This document shows positions 26,920 to 36,141 of a stretch of DNA of 64,000 nucleotides, piece by piece. The position numbers and the translations under genes were made by a program. The stretch's first letter is position 1. The number at the start of each line of letters is the position of its first letter. The notes below the pieces were generated by a model. The model was not told the DNA's origin. It searched no databases and saw only the letters and a list, made by a program, of their open reading frames with translations. Origin of the DNA: Bacillota bacterium (lineage in GTDB: Bacteria > Bacillota > Clostridia > Peptostreptococcales > Anaerovoracaceae); contig JAEZLP010000030.1 in assembly GCA_023415235.1 (NCBI GenBank), positions 65 through 64,064 on the forward strand, written 5' to 3'.

Positions 26920-28709
26920 TTCATTTTAATTCCAAAGAACCTTTCTATAAGAGCCCCTTCGGAGCCATCGAAAAGAATACGGACCTGTTCCTGCGAATCA
27001 GAGTCGAGGGAGACAGGTCTGTTTCTTCCGCCCTGATATATCTGATTCGGGATGAAAACGGAAGCATATTGAAGCTGGAAGGGAAGACCGCCAACAATAA
27101 TTCGGATACGATCTGTGAGTTTATGATTCGGATCGAGGAAATTGGTCTGTATTTTTATCACTTCGAGGTAATCTACGAGGGCGGAGACACGGAGCATACA
27201 CCTGCGTATCAATTAACCGTATTCTCTCCGGATTATGAGACCCCGGAATGGCTCAAGTCGGGAGTCATGTATCAGATTTTCCCTGACCGGTTTGCCCGAA
27301 GCCGGGAATACGAAGCGCCGCTTCAGAATAAAAACTACATCCTCCGGGAAGATTGGGGCGGGGATCCCGTTGATGGGCCGGATGAGAACGGGATCGTTCA
27401 GAACAACGACTTTTTCGGAGGAAATCTCCGGGGGATTATGGAAAAACTGGATTATCTATCGGATCTCGGCATTACCGTCCTATACCTGAATCCGATCTTT
27501 GAGGCATATTCAAACCACAGATATGACACAGCGGACTACAAGAAAATCGATCCTCTCCTTGGAACGGAAGAGGACTTTATCGAGCTATGCAGGGCTGCAA
27601 AAGAAAAGGGAATCCAGATCATCCTTGACGGAGTATTCAATCATACGGGAAGCGACAGCGTTTATTTCAACAAGCAGGGGAGATACTACGAAACCGGTGC
27701 CTTCCAGAGCAAGGATTCCCCATATTCCAAATGGTTCCGCTTCATCGAATACCCCGAAAAATACGAATCCTGGTGGGGAATCGACACCCTGCCCAGCGTC
27801 AACGAAACCGAACCCTCATTTCTGGATTATATGATCCGGTCCGAGGATTCCGTTGTCAAGCACTGGCTTCGCTGCGGCGCTTCAGGATTCCGTCTGGATG
27901 TGGCTGATGAGCTGCCGGATGAATTTTTGGAGGCGCTGCGTTCCGCCGTTAAGGAAGTCAATCCTGACGCCGCCGTCATCGGAGAGGTATGGGAGGACGC
28001 GTCCAACAAGATCGCATATGGCAGCAGAAGAAAGTATTTTCTGGGAAAGCAGCTGGATTCGGTCATGAACTATCCTCTGAAGAACGCAATCATCGACTTT
28101 CTAGTCCATGGCAGAGACGGAAAGAAGCTTGAAAATACGGTCAACAGTCTTTGGGAAAACTATCCGAAACCGGCCTTCAGCGCTCTCATGAACATCCTTG
28201 GTACCCACGACACACCAAGAATCTTCACCGTGCTTTCCGAAAACAGCAGGGATGAGGCCTATACCAGGCAAAGACTATTCCTGGCCATGATGATCCTTTC
28301 CTTTCTGCCGGGCATCCCGTGTATCTATTACGGAGATGAAATCGGCATGCAGGGCGGAAGGGATCCTTCAAACCGAAAATGTTTTGTCCCGGAAAGCGGA
28401 GATTCTGCGATTCATCGGTATTTTCGCAGACTGTTCGCCTTCCGGAGGAAAATCCAGAGGCTGGAGGATTTTGAATTTCGGCCCCGTTTATCGGAAAACG
28501 GCTTCTATTCCTTCCGCCGCGAAGGAAAAAGCGGCCGTCTCATCATCGCCGCCAATTCCGGAGCTCAGGACTACTTGCTGAACCTTTCCATGGAGGAGGG
28601 TGAGAACCTGAAGGACTTTTTTATCAGCGGCACCGTGTCCTATGAAAGTCACGGCGTTTTCCGAATTGGAGAGAATTCCGGGTTTGCAGCATATCTATCA
28701 TTGTTCTGA
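26916..28709 (+). CDS. GH13 alpha-amylase-family enzyme (neopullulanase / cyclomaltodextrinase / debranching type)
   Basis: GH13 regions DGVFNHTG, GFRLDVADEL, IGEVWE and GTHDTPR. The ATG at 26916 overlaps the glgP stop as ATGA. Confidence 0.8.
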   Translation: MIHFNSKEPFYKSPFGAIEKNTDLFLRIRVEGDRSVSSALIYLIRDENGSILKLEGKTANNNSDTICEFMIRIEEIGLYFYHFEVIYEGGDTEHTPAYQLTVFSPDYETPEWLKSGVMYQIFPDRFARSREYEAPLQNKNYILREDWGGDPVDGPDENGIVQNNDFFGGNLRGIMEKLDYLSDLGITVLYLNPIFEAYSNHRYDTADYKKIDPLLGTEEDFIELCRAAKEKGIQIILDGVFNHTGSDSVYFNKQGRYYETGAFQSKDSPYSKWFRFIEYPEKYESWWGIDTLPSVNETEPSFLDYMIRSEDSVVKHWLRCGASGFRLDVADELPDEFLEALRSAVKEVNPDAAVIGEVWEDASNKIAYGSRRKYFLGKQLDSVMNYPLKNAIIDFLVHGRDGKKLENTVNSLWENYPKPAFSALMNILGTHDTPRIFTVLSENSRDEAYTRQRLFLAMMILSFLPGIPCIYYGDEIGMQGGRDPSNRKCFVPESGDSAIHRYFRRLFAFRRKIQRLEDFEFRPRLSENGFYSFRREGKSGRLIIAANSGAQDYLLNLSMEEGENLKDFFISGTVSYESHGVFRIGENSGFAAYLSLF

Positions 28710-28740
28710 ATTTAATACAAAAGGAAATGATTGGCATCTA

Positions 28741-28769
28741 TTGACAACTCCAGACCCTCCAATTATGAT
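28741..28769 (+). promoter_or_regulatory. Sigma-A promoter of nrdDG
   Basis: TTGACA (28741-28746), a 17-nt spacer, then TATGAT (28764-28769). Confidence 0.55.
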
Positions 28770-28785
28770 TATTAATACGACTTAA

Positions 28786-28832
28786 GCACCATATATTGTA
28801 TGCGCAGCGGCGCGCTGCAATAAATATGGTTA
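28786..28832 (+). promoter_or_regulatory. Two candidate NrdR boxes
   Basis: gcaCcATATaTtGtat (28786-28801) and gcaatAaATaTgGtta (28817-28832), with starts 31 bp apart, compared with the acaCwAtATaTwGtgt consensus. Box 1 is a good match and box 2 a moderate one. Confidence 0.45.
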
Positions 28833-28862
28833 CATAGAGATGCGATATGGAGGTACTGAGAA

Positions 28863-31208
28863 TTGGGCGAAATCAAGCAGATCATTAAAAGAGACGGACG
28901 ATGTTCGGAGTTTCACATTGACAAGATAGCAAACGCAATCTACAAGGCGGCAGAGGTATTGGGCGGCAAGGATCATGATATGGCCCTCAATTTGGCAAAA
29001 AAGGTCGAGCAGTATATCATCGATCAGGGACTTTCCGAAAGCCCCACAGTAGAGCAAATCCAGGATGCGGTTGAGAAGGTCCTGATTGAAAACGGACATG
29101 CCCGGACCGCCAAGGAATATATTCTATATCGCGCGGAGCGCACCCGGATCAGAGAGATGAACACCCGTCTTATGAAGGTTTATGAAGACCTTACCTTCAA
29201 GGAGGCGCAGGATAATGATATCAAGCGGGAAAATGCCAATATCGACGGCGATACTGCCATGGGTACCATGCTGAAGTACGGATCGGAGGGCGCGAAGCAG
29301 TTTTATGAGATGTTTGTGCTCCATCCCGATCATTCCAAGGCCCATAGAGAAGGCGACATTCACATTCATGACCTGGATTTCCTGACGCTTACCACAACTT
29401 GCTGTCAGATCGACCTTGAAAAGCTGTTTCAAGGCGGTTTCTCCACCGGCCACGGTTATTTAAGGGAACCCAACGATATTCAGAGCTATGCAGCTCTTGC
29501 CTGTATCGCAATCCAATCAAATCAAAACGACCAGCACGGCGGTCAGAGCGTGCCCAATTTCGACTTCAGCATGGCAAATGGCGTAAAAAAGACCTATAAG
29601 AAGCTGTATTGGCGCAATTTGGGAAAGAGCATGGACATCCTGTGCAATACTTCCGACGGGGAAACCAAGGCCAGGGAGATCGGCGCAGCCATTGAGCGGG
29701 ATTTCGGCATCGCACCAAATCTAGCCGATGATAATAACTATAGTGAAAAAGAAGCCGGATATCTCAAGGAATTTTTGTCGGAGGACCAGATCGGCACGAT
29801 TCAGAGGGTGGCTAAGAGCTATACCCAAAAGGAGATCCGAAGAGCAACTTATCAGGCTATGGAAGCCTTTGTACATAATCTCAATACGATGCATTCCAGA
29901 GCGGGAGCACAGATTCCTTTCAGCTCCATCAATTACGGAACAGATACCAGCCCGGAAGGGAGACTGGTGATCGAAAGCGTGCTGCTGGCCACGGAGGCCG
30001 GACTGGGGAACGGCGAAACCGCCATCTTCCCGATTCATATTTTCAAGGTCAAGGAAGGGATCAGCTACAATCCGGGAGATCCCAACTACGATCTGTTTCA
30101 GCTTGCCTGCAGGGTTTCCGCAAAGAGGTTGTTCCCCAATTTTTCATTCCTGGACGCCCCCTTCAACCTGCAGTACTACAAGCCCGGAAACCATGATACG
30201 GAAGTCGCTTATATGGGCTGCCGCACTAGAGTAATCGGAAACCACTATGATAAAACGAGGCAAACCGTTGGCGGGAGAGGGAACCTGAGCTTTACCTCCA
30301 TTAATCTGCCAAGGCTTGCCATCAAGTCCAACGGAAATCTTGATATTTTCTTTGAAGATCTTGACAGAAAGATCACCCTGGTCATCGACCAGCTCATGGA
30401 ACGCTACAAAATTCAGGCTGCAAAGAAGGTAAAAAATTATCCCTTCCTGATGGGGCAGGGGATCTGGATGGATTCAGACAAGCTGGGACCCAACGACAAG
30501 ATTGGAGAGGTACTAAAGCACGGCACGCTGACCATGGGGTTCATCGGACTGGCGGAGTGCCTGAAGGCTTTAATCGGCAGCCATCATGGTGAAACCCAGG
30601 AAGCAAGAAACCTGGGGCTGAATATCGTCGGGTATATGAGAAAACGCATGGATGAAGCCTCCGCAAAGACCGGCATGAATTACACTCTCATCGCGACTCC
30701 TGCGGAGGGTCTTTCCGGCCGTTTCGTACGGATAGACAGGCAAAGATACGGCATAATAGAAGGTGTAACGGATCGGGAATACTACACCAATTCCTTCCAT
30801 GTACCGGTCTATTACGATATTTCTGCTTTTGACAAGATCAAAATAGAAGCGCCTTACCATGACCTTACCAATGCAGGCCATATTACCTATGTGGAGCTGG
30901 ATGGGGATCCGACGAAGAATCTGGATGCCTTTGAACGGATCGTCCGCTGCATGAAGGAAAGCGGAATCGGCTATGGTTCCATCAATCATCCTGTGGACAG
31001 GGACCCTGTCTGCGGCTACACCGGCATTATCGACAATGAATGCCCAAAATGCCACAGGGTCGAGAAGGAAGGAGATCCCGGATTTGAACGGATCCGCAGA
31101 ATCACCGGTTATCTGGTGGGAACCGTTGACCGGTTCAACAACGCCAAAAGAGCGGAGGAAAGCCAGAGGGTGAAGCACGGCGTGGAAGCCGGGTTTGAAA
31201 TCATATGA
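28863..31208 (+). CDS. nrdD: Anaerobic ribonucleoside-triphosphate reductase (class III)
   Basis: N-terminal ATP-cone (IIKRDGRCSEFHIDKI), a C-terminal Zn ribbon (CPKCH) and the glycyl-radical motif RRITGYLVG. TTG start 9 nt after GGAGG. Confidence 0.95.
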   Translation: MGEIKQIIKRDGRCSEFHIDKIANAIYKAAEVLGGKDHDMALNLAKKVEQYIIDQGLSESPTVEQIQDAVEKVLIENGHARTAKEYILYRAERTRIREMNTRLMKVYEDLTFKEAQDNDIKRENANIDGDTAMGTMLKYGSEGAKQFYEMFVLHPDHSKAHREGDIHIHDLDFLTLTTTCCQIDLEKLFQGGFSTGHGYLREPNDIQSYAALACIAIQSNQNDQHGGQSVPNFDFSMANGVKKTYKKLYWRNLGKSMDILCNTSDGETKAREIGAAIERDFGIAPNLADDNNYSEKEAGYLKEFLSEDQIGTIQRVAKSYTQKEIRRATYQAMEAFVHNLNTMHSRAGAQIPFSSINYGTDTSPEGRLVIESVLLATEAGLGNGETAIFPIHIFKVKEGISYNPGDPNYDLFQLACRVSAKRLFPNFSFLDAPFNLQYYKPGNHDTEVAYMGCRTRVIGNHYDKTRQTVGGRGNLSFTSINLPRLAIKSNGNLDIFFEDLDRKITLVIDQLMERYKIQAAKKVKNYPFLMGQGIWMDSDKLGPNDKIGEVLKHGTLTMGFIGLAECLKALIGSHHGETQEARNLGLNIVGYMRKRMDEASAKTGMNYTLIATPAEGLSGRFVRIDRQRYGIIEGVTDREYYTNSFHVPVYYDISAFDKIKIEAPYHDLTNAGHITYVELDGDPTKNLDAFERIVRCMKESGIGYGSINHPVDRDPVCGYTGIIDNECPKCHRVEKEGDPGFERIRRITGYLVGTVDRFNNAKRAEESQRVKHGVEAGFEII

Positions 31209-31711
31209 ACGATTTTGCTCAACAGGGAGAAACAATAAGGATTGCCGGAATTGTCCGGGAATCGATTGTAGACGGCCCGGGAATCCGGTTTGTTGTCTTT
31301 TCCCAGGGCTGTCCCCATCGCTGTAAAGGCTGTCACAACGAAGCTACCCACGACTTCGAAGGCGGCTACGACTGCGGGATTAATAAAATTCTGGCGGAGA
31401 TTGATAAAAATCCGCTGCTGCAGGGCGTCACGTTTTCCGGAGGCGAACCCTTCTGCCAGCCGGGGGCGTTTTACCGGCTTGGCGTAGAGATCAAAAAAAG
31501 GGGTCTTGATCTTGTCGCATATTCCGGTTATACTTTGGAAGAACTGCAGGCAATATCGAAAGAAAATCCCCAGGTGGAAAAGCTTCTGGGTTTGATCGAC
31601 TATCTTGTGGACGGGCCTTTCCTTCTGGAGGAAAAGGATCTCACTCTGGAATTCAGAGGCAGCAGAAATCAGCGTTTTATCCGTATGGTGGATGTAAGAA
31701 ATAAAAAATGA
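31205..31711 (+). CDS. nrdG: Anaerobic RNR activating protein (radical SAM)
   Basis: GCPHRCKGCHN CxxxCxxC motif and GVTFSGGEP. ATGA overlap with nrdD. Confidence 0.9.
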   Translation: MNDFAQQGETIRIAGIVRESIVDGPGIRFVVFSQGCPHRCKGCHNEATHDFEGGYDCGINKILAEIDKNPLLQGVTFSGGEPFCQPGAFYRLGVEIKKRGLDLVAYSGYTLEELQAISKENPQVEKLLGLIDYLVDGPFLLEEKDLTLEFRGSRNQRFIRMVDVRNKK

Positions 31712-31734
31712 CGCGATTTGGAATGAAAAAGTGT

Positions 31735-31763
31735 TTTACAAGCCAAAATGGATATGTTATAAT
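31735..31763 (+). promoter_or_regulatory. Sigma-A promoter of rpmB
   Basis: TTTACA, a 17-nt spacer, then TGtTATAAT (extended -10). Confidence 0.5.
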
Positions 31764-31830
31764 ACCCCTTGTTTGATGTAAAATGAATTTGCTATTGAAA
31801 GCATTGCAATATAAAAAGGAGGTGCGGCAG

Positions 31831-32022
31831 ATGTCAAGAAAGTGTGAAATATGTGGTAAGGGACAGGTTTCTGGAAATAACGTTTCCCATTCCAACAGAC
31901 ATACCAGAAGAAAATGGAATGCAAATATTCAGACTGTTAAAGTGGAAGAAAACGGAACAGTTTCAAGAAAGAACGTATGCACAAGATGCATTCGTAGCAA
32001 CAAAGTCAACCGCGCTATCTAA
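31831..32022 (+). CDS. rpmB: 50S ribosomal protein L28
   Basis: [47 protein letters not shown]. Confidence 0.95.
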   Translation: MSRKCEICGKGQVSGNNVSHSNRHTRRKWNANIQTVKVEENGTVSRKNVCTRCIRSNKVNRAI

Positions 32023-32035
32023 TTGATTAGATATG

Positions 32036-32065
32036 AAAACCTGCAATTACTTGCAGGTTTTTTTA
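32036..32065 (+). terminator. Rho-independent terminator of rpmB
   Basis: Stem aaaacctgcaa / ttgcaggtttt with a 4-nt loop, followed by a T-run. Confidence 0.85.
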
Positions 32066-32102
32066 CTATTTCCAATATGTTTTCACTGGCTTTGCAGCAG
32101 TT

Positions 32103-32276
32103 TCAACAGTTAAAGAGCTTGAATCCGCAGAAGATCATCAATCCTCCCAGAACAATCAGCCATAGCTTGTAAGGAAGCAGAAAGGCGCAGATGGTGCAGA
32201 TTCCTATGATCAGCAGGATCAGTCCGAACAGCTCGACCTCACCGGGTTTTCGGCAGCATATTTTCTTGTTTTTCAT
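32103..32276 (-). CDS. Hypothetical small membrane protein (57 aa, Cys-rich, two predicted TM helices)
   Basis: MKNKKICCRKPGEVELFGLILLIIGICTICAFLLPYKLWLIVLGGLMIFCGFKLFNC. AAGGAAG lies 7 nt upstream of the ATG. Below the ORF-track size cut-off. Confidence 0.45.
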   Translation of the reverse strand: MKNKKICCRKPGEVELFGLILLIIGICTICAFLLPYKLWLIVLGGLMIFCGFKLFNC

Positions 32277-32288
32277 AGTAACACTTCC

Positions 32289-32441
32289 TTATGGATTGAG
32301 CATTAAAAATGCGAGGATCAGGATAAGGGCGACCAGGACGATATACCATACGAAAACAGGGACGGTATGTATCACTATTACCGTACCGGTTATCGCCATA
32401 ATGACACCGATCAGCTTAAACAACAGTTTATTATCTCTCAA
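32289..32441 (-). CDS. Hypothetical small hydrophobic protein (50 aa, TTG start)
   Basis: (M)RDNKLLFKLIGVIMAITGTVIVIHTVPVFVWYIVLVALILILAFLMLNP. GGGTGG lies 6 nt upstream, with TAGAAT further up. The ORF ends 12 nt before the next small ORF. Confidence 0.3.
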   Translation of the reverse strand: MRDNKLLFKLIGVIMAITGTVIVIHTVPVFVWYIVLVALILILAFLMLNP

Positions 32442-32551
32442 TGCAGACCACCCATTAACATTCTATGTTTCCGCCGGGTCCATCGTGCAAAAATTATTGT
32501 TCATTTCCTTTCAATTATGGTAAAATGGACAGCAGTAAGGAGGCGAGACTG

Positions 32552-32947
32552 TTGCTGTACAGACTTGAAACTGCAGAAGGGACCATCTCTGTCGACAAGG
32601 AGGTCATTGGCCGGATCGTAGCCGAGGCGGTGGGGCAATTCAGCGGAAAGGTTTTTATTTCAAACCACAAGGGCAAGGTGGTTTCCGGCTTTGCCGCAAA
32701 GCTTGGGGTCATGGACGATATCAGCTACATGGAAATCGGCATTGACAGCAGCGGCCTTAATATCCGCTTTTTTATTCTGATTCGATTTGGCACCAGCATT
32801 AATAGCGTTACGGAGCAGCTCATTGCCAGCATTAGAAAGAATACGGAAGAAATCACCGGCCTTGAGGTCAACAGCGTTGCTGTGGTCGTCACAGGAATGG
32901 TTTCCAAGAAGCATACGGTGCGCAGAAATATCGAGGTAAAAGGGTAA
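32552..32947 (+). CDS. Asp23/Gls24-family envelope stress protein
   Basis: The pattern EGTISVDKEVIGRIVAEAV...LNIRFFILIRFGTSINSVTEQL...ITGLEVNSVAVVVTG matches the Asp23 family. The TTG at 32552 is 8 nt after AAGGAGG; the in-frame ATGs at 32465 and 32525 have no RBS. Confidence 0.7.
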   Translation: MLYRLETAEGTISVDKEVIGRIVAEAVGQFSGKVFISNHKGKVVSGFAAKLGVMDDISYMEIGIDSSGLNIRFFILIRFGTSINSVTEQLIASIRKNTEEITGLEVNSVAVVVTGMVSKKHTVRRNIEVKG

Positions 32948-32961
32948 CAGGGGTATTTCAA

Positions 32962-35004
32962 ATGAATCTGCAGGATCATGTGACCGCAATCAAAGGGATA
33001 GGGCCCAGCAAGTCCGCCGCTTTGAACAAATTGAATATTAAAACCATCGAGGATTTTCTTTACTTTTATCCAAGAGATTACGAGGATCGACGGGAGCTTC
33101 GGAGCATTGGATCTCTCAGGGACGGCGACATCGCTTTGACGAAAGGAAAGCTGCTCCTCATGATAAAGGGAAGAGGCCGAATTCCAAGAAAACAAACCTT
33201 AAAGCTTTTAGTTCAAGACGATACCGGGGCGATGGAGGTTGTTTTTTTTCATGCGGGATTTCTGGAAAAAACCTTGAAGCTCAACGAAGAATATATTTTT
33301 TACGGAAAAGTTTCTGAAAATATGGGCAAAATACAGATGCTCCATCCGGACGTCTCGAAATACGATGCCGGTCAGGAACAGGCCATTCTGCCGATTTATC
33401 CGCTTACCGGGGGAATTTCGCAGGGTGAAATGAGAAAATGGCAAAAAACTGCGATGGAATTCCTTCCCCAGCTGGACGAATACCTGCCCCGGCAGACAAT
33501 GGAACGAAACCGCCTCTGCGGGATCCGGTATGCCATTGAAAATATTCACTACCCTTCGGACAGACAGCGGCTGAAGGAGGCGAAATACCGCCTGATCTTT
33601 GAAGAACTCCTTTTTCTGCAAACTGGTCTTCTGTCGATCAAAAGGAAAATGACCGAGAAAGAGCAGGGGATTCGTTTTTCCTCCGATATCAAGATAAACG
33701 ACTTTACGCATGGGCTGCCTTACCCTCTGACTTCCGCCCAGAAACGAGTGCTGTCAGAAATCAACAGCGATATGGAATCCAGTAAGGTCATGAACAGGCT
33801 GGTACAGGGAGATGTGGGGTCCGGCAAGACCGTTATCGCCGCCGCCGCCATGTTTAAGGCCGTTAAAAGCGGATTTCAGGCTGTTATGATGGCTCCGACG
33901 GAACTTCTGGCCAGACAGCATTATGAGGGCCTGAAACCGATGTTTTTAAAGCACGGAATCAGCACCGGATTTTTGTCCGGAAGCCTGTCTCAGAAAGAAA
34001 AAAGAGAAACCCTCGAACAAATTGAAAAGGGGAGCCTGGATATTATCATCGGCACCCATGCGGTGATTCAGCCAGTGGTGAAATTCTCCAATCTGGGCCT
34101 TGTGGTTACCGATGAGCAGCATCGTTTCGGAGTAAACCAGAGAGCGATTCTTTCCCAAAAAGGGAACAATCCGGATGTGCTGGTCATGACGGCGACGCCT
34201 ATTCCCAGAACCCTTGCGGTGATCCTTTACGGCGATCTGGATATCTCTATCATCGACGAGATGCCGCCGGGGAGGCAGCAGATCATTACAAGAGCTGTAA
34301 AAGGGGAGGGCCGTGAACCTGCCTACGAATTTGTTCGCAGAGAGGTAAAAAAGGGACGGCAGGCATATGTGGTGGCGCCTCTCATCGAAGACTCGGAAAG
34401 CCTGGACGCCAAATCAGCGCTGGGATTGTACGATGAGCTGAAGGACCGATTTAATGAATTTTCCGTTGCATTTCTTCACGGAGCGATGAAACAGGCCGAC
34501 AAGGACCGGATCATGGGAGAATTCTACGCAGGAAGCATTCAAATTCTGGTGTCGACAGTGGTAATCGAGGTTGGAATCAATGTTCCCAACGCCACGATCA
34601 TGCTGATCGAAAACGCGGAACGGTTCGGACTTGCCCAGCTGCATCAGCTTCGAGGAAGAGTAGGAAGAGGGGAAGAACAGTCCTACTGCATCCTGATTAC
34701 AGACGGCGGATCCGACGTAGCCAATGAAAGGGCGGAGATTATGAAAGCCACCAACGATGGTTTTCTTATTGCGGAAAAAGACCTGGAGCTCCGGGGTCCG
34801 GGGGAATTCTTCGGCATGCGCCAGCACGGAGTGCCGGAACTGAAGCTGGCAGATTTGGTCAAGCATATAAAAATACTGAATACTGTACGGGAAGAAGCGG
34901 AATGCATCCTGTCGGACGACAAGCTTCTTGCTGCGAAGGATATCGTCAAATTTCGCGAGAAAATCGATAAAATGTTTCATGAGGTAGAAAATCTGAACAT
35001 ATAA
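32962..35004 (+). CDS. recG: ATP-dependent DNA helicase RecG
   Basis: Wedge domain followed by SF2 helicase motifs: GDVGSGKT, VVTDEQHRFG, MTATPIPRT and QLHQLRGRVGRG. Confidence 0.95.
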   Translation: MNLQDHVTAIKGIGPSKSAALNKLNIKTIEDFLYFYPRDYEDRRELRSIGSLRDGDIALTKGKLLLMIKGRGRIPRKQTLKLLVQDDTGAMEVVFFHAGFLEKTLKLNEEYIFYGKVSENMGKIQMLHPDVSKYDAGQEQAILPIYPLTGGISQGEMRKWQKTAMEFLPQLDEYLPRQTMERNRLCGIRYAIENIHYPSDRQRLKEAKYRLIFEELLFLQTGLLSIKRKMTEKEQGIRFSSDIKINDFTHGLPYPLTSAQKRVLSEINSDMESSKVMNRLVQGDVGSGKTVIAAAAMFKAVKSGFQAVMMAPTELLARQHYEGLKPMFLKHGISTGFLSGSLSQKEKRETLEQIEKGSLDIIIGTHAVIQPVVKFSNLGLVVTDEQHRFGVNQRAILSQKGNNPDVLVMTATPIPRTLAVILYGDLDISIIDEMPPGRQQIITRAVKGEGREPAYEFVRREVKKGRQAYVVAPLIEDSESLDAKSALGLYDELKDRFNEFSVAFLHGAMKQADKDRIMGEFYAGSIQILVSTVVIEVGINVPNATIMLIENAERFGLAQLHQLRGRVGRGEEQSYCILITDGGSDVANERAEIMKATNDGFLIAEKDLELRGPGEFFGMRQHGVPELKLADLVKHIKILNTVREEAECILSDDKLLAAKDIVKFREKIDKMFHEVENLNI

Positions 35005-35026
35005 CAAGGGTTATCAATACAATTAT

Positions 35027-35054
35027 TTGCTTTTTTCAATTCTTATGGTAAAAT
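35027..35054 (+). promoter_or_regulatory. Candidate promoter of the rsmD-coaD operon
   Basis: TTGCTT, a 16-nt spacer, then TGgTAAAAT (extended -10). Confidence 0.35.
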
Positions 35055-35080
35055 GAAGTTTAGTGAAGGAGGCGGCAGCA

Positions 35081-35641
35081 TTGCGCATCATTGCAGGGGA
35101 TTTTAAAGGCAGACGACTGTTCGCTCCGAAAGACGACAGGATCAGGCCCACCACCGATAAGGTCAAGGAATCTATTTTCAACATGATTGCGCCTTATCTG
35201 GAGGATGCGGTTGTCATAGACTTATTTTCAGGAACGGGCAATCTGGGGCTGGAAGCATTAAGCCGAGGGGCAAAGCGATGCTATTTCGGGGACAAGTCCA
35301 AGGAAAGCATGGCGCTGACCAGGCAGAACGTAGCCCTATGCAAACAGCAGGACAGGGCGATCGCGATTTTGGGAGATTATGAGTACGTACTTGGTAAAAT
35401 CAGAGAAAAAGCTGATCTGATCTTTCTGGATCCCCCTTATCAGGAGGGATTGATGACGGACTGCTTCCATATCATATCCCAAGAAAACCTCTTGTCGGAA
35501 GACGGAGTCATTGTTGCGGAACATGGAGCTAAAGACCCTCTGGACGATGAAATCGCAGGTTTCACAAAAATAAAAGAAAGAATATACGGTACAATATCCA
35601 TCAGCATTTTCGGAATAAATTCGGAGGACAACAATACATGA
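35081..35641 (+). CDS. rsmD: 16S rRNA (guanine966-N2)-methyltransferase
   Basis: (M)RIIAGDFKGRRL, DLFSGTGNLGLEALSRGA and FLDPPY. The TTG at 35081 is 8 nt after AAGGAGG. Confidence 0.85.
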   Translation: MRIIAGDFKGRRLFAPKDDRIRPTTDKVKESIFNMIAPYLEDAVVIDLFSGTGNLGLEALSRGAKRCYFGDKSKESMALTRQNVALCKQQDRAIAILGDYEYVLGKIREKADLIFLDPPYQEGLMTDCFHIISQENLLSEDGVIVAEHGAKDPLDDEIAGFTKIKERIYGTISISIFGINSEDNNT

Positions 35642-36123
35642 TACAAAAGGTTCTATACGCGGGCTCTTTTGATCCCATTACCAACGGACATCTTGATTTG
35701 ATCAACAGGGCCGCGAAGCTTGGGGATCATCTGATCGTAGGAGTGATCGAGAACCGCTCCAAAACGGCTTTCTTCACCGTGGAAGAAAGAGTCGACATGA
35801 TCAGAACGGCGACCAGCCATATCCCCAACATTCAAATCGACAGCTTCAGTGGACTTTTAGCAGACTATGTGAAGCAGAACGGCGTGGACGTAGTAGTCAG
35901 GGGACTTCGGGCCACCATGGACTTTGAATATGAGATCCAAATGGCACAAATGAATGCAAGGCTGTATAATAACGATGTTGAGACCGTTTTTTTAATGACC
36001 AGCCCGGATTATTCCTTCGTCAGCTCCAGCATTGTGAAAGAGGTATTCATGCTGAATGGAGACATAAAGGGGCTTGTGCCGGACAAGGTATTGGAATACA
36101 TGGAAAGAAAATGTAAGAGATAA
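35638..36123 (+). CDS. coaD: Phosphopantetheine adenylyltransferase
   Basis: YAGSFDPITNGHLDLI, RGLRATMDFEYE and SSSIVKEV. ATGA overlap with rsmD. Confidence 0.95.
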   Translation: MIQKVLYAGSFDPITNGHLDLINRAAKLGDHLIVGVIENRSKTAFFTVEERVDMIRTATSHIPNIQIDSFSGLLADYVKQNGVDVVVRGLRATMDFEYEIQMAQMNARLYNNDVETVFLMTSPDYSFVSSSIVKEVFMLNGDIKGLVPDKVLEYMERKCKR

Positions 36124-36141
36124 AGGGAGGAGATTCACTCG

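Noticed and set aside
32191-32621. Plus-strand ORFs of 110 and 84 aa in the rpmB-Asp23 gap
   Set aside because: They have no RBS, their translations are of low plausibility, and they overlap the better-supported minus-strand small ORFs and the Asp23 RBS region.
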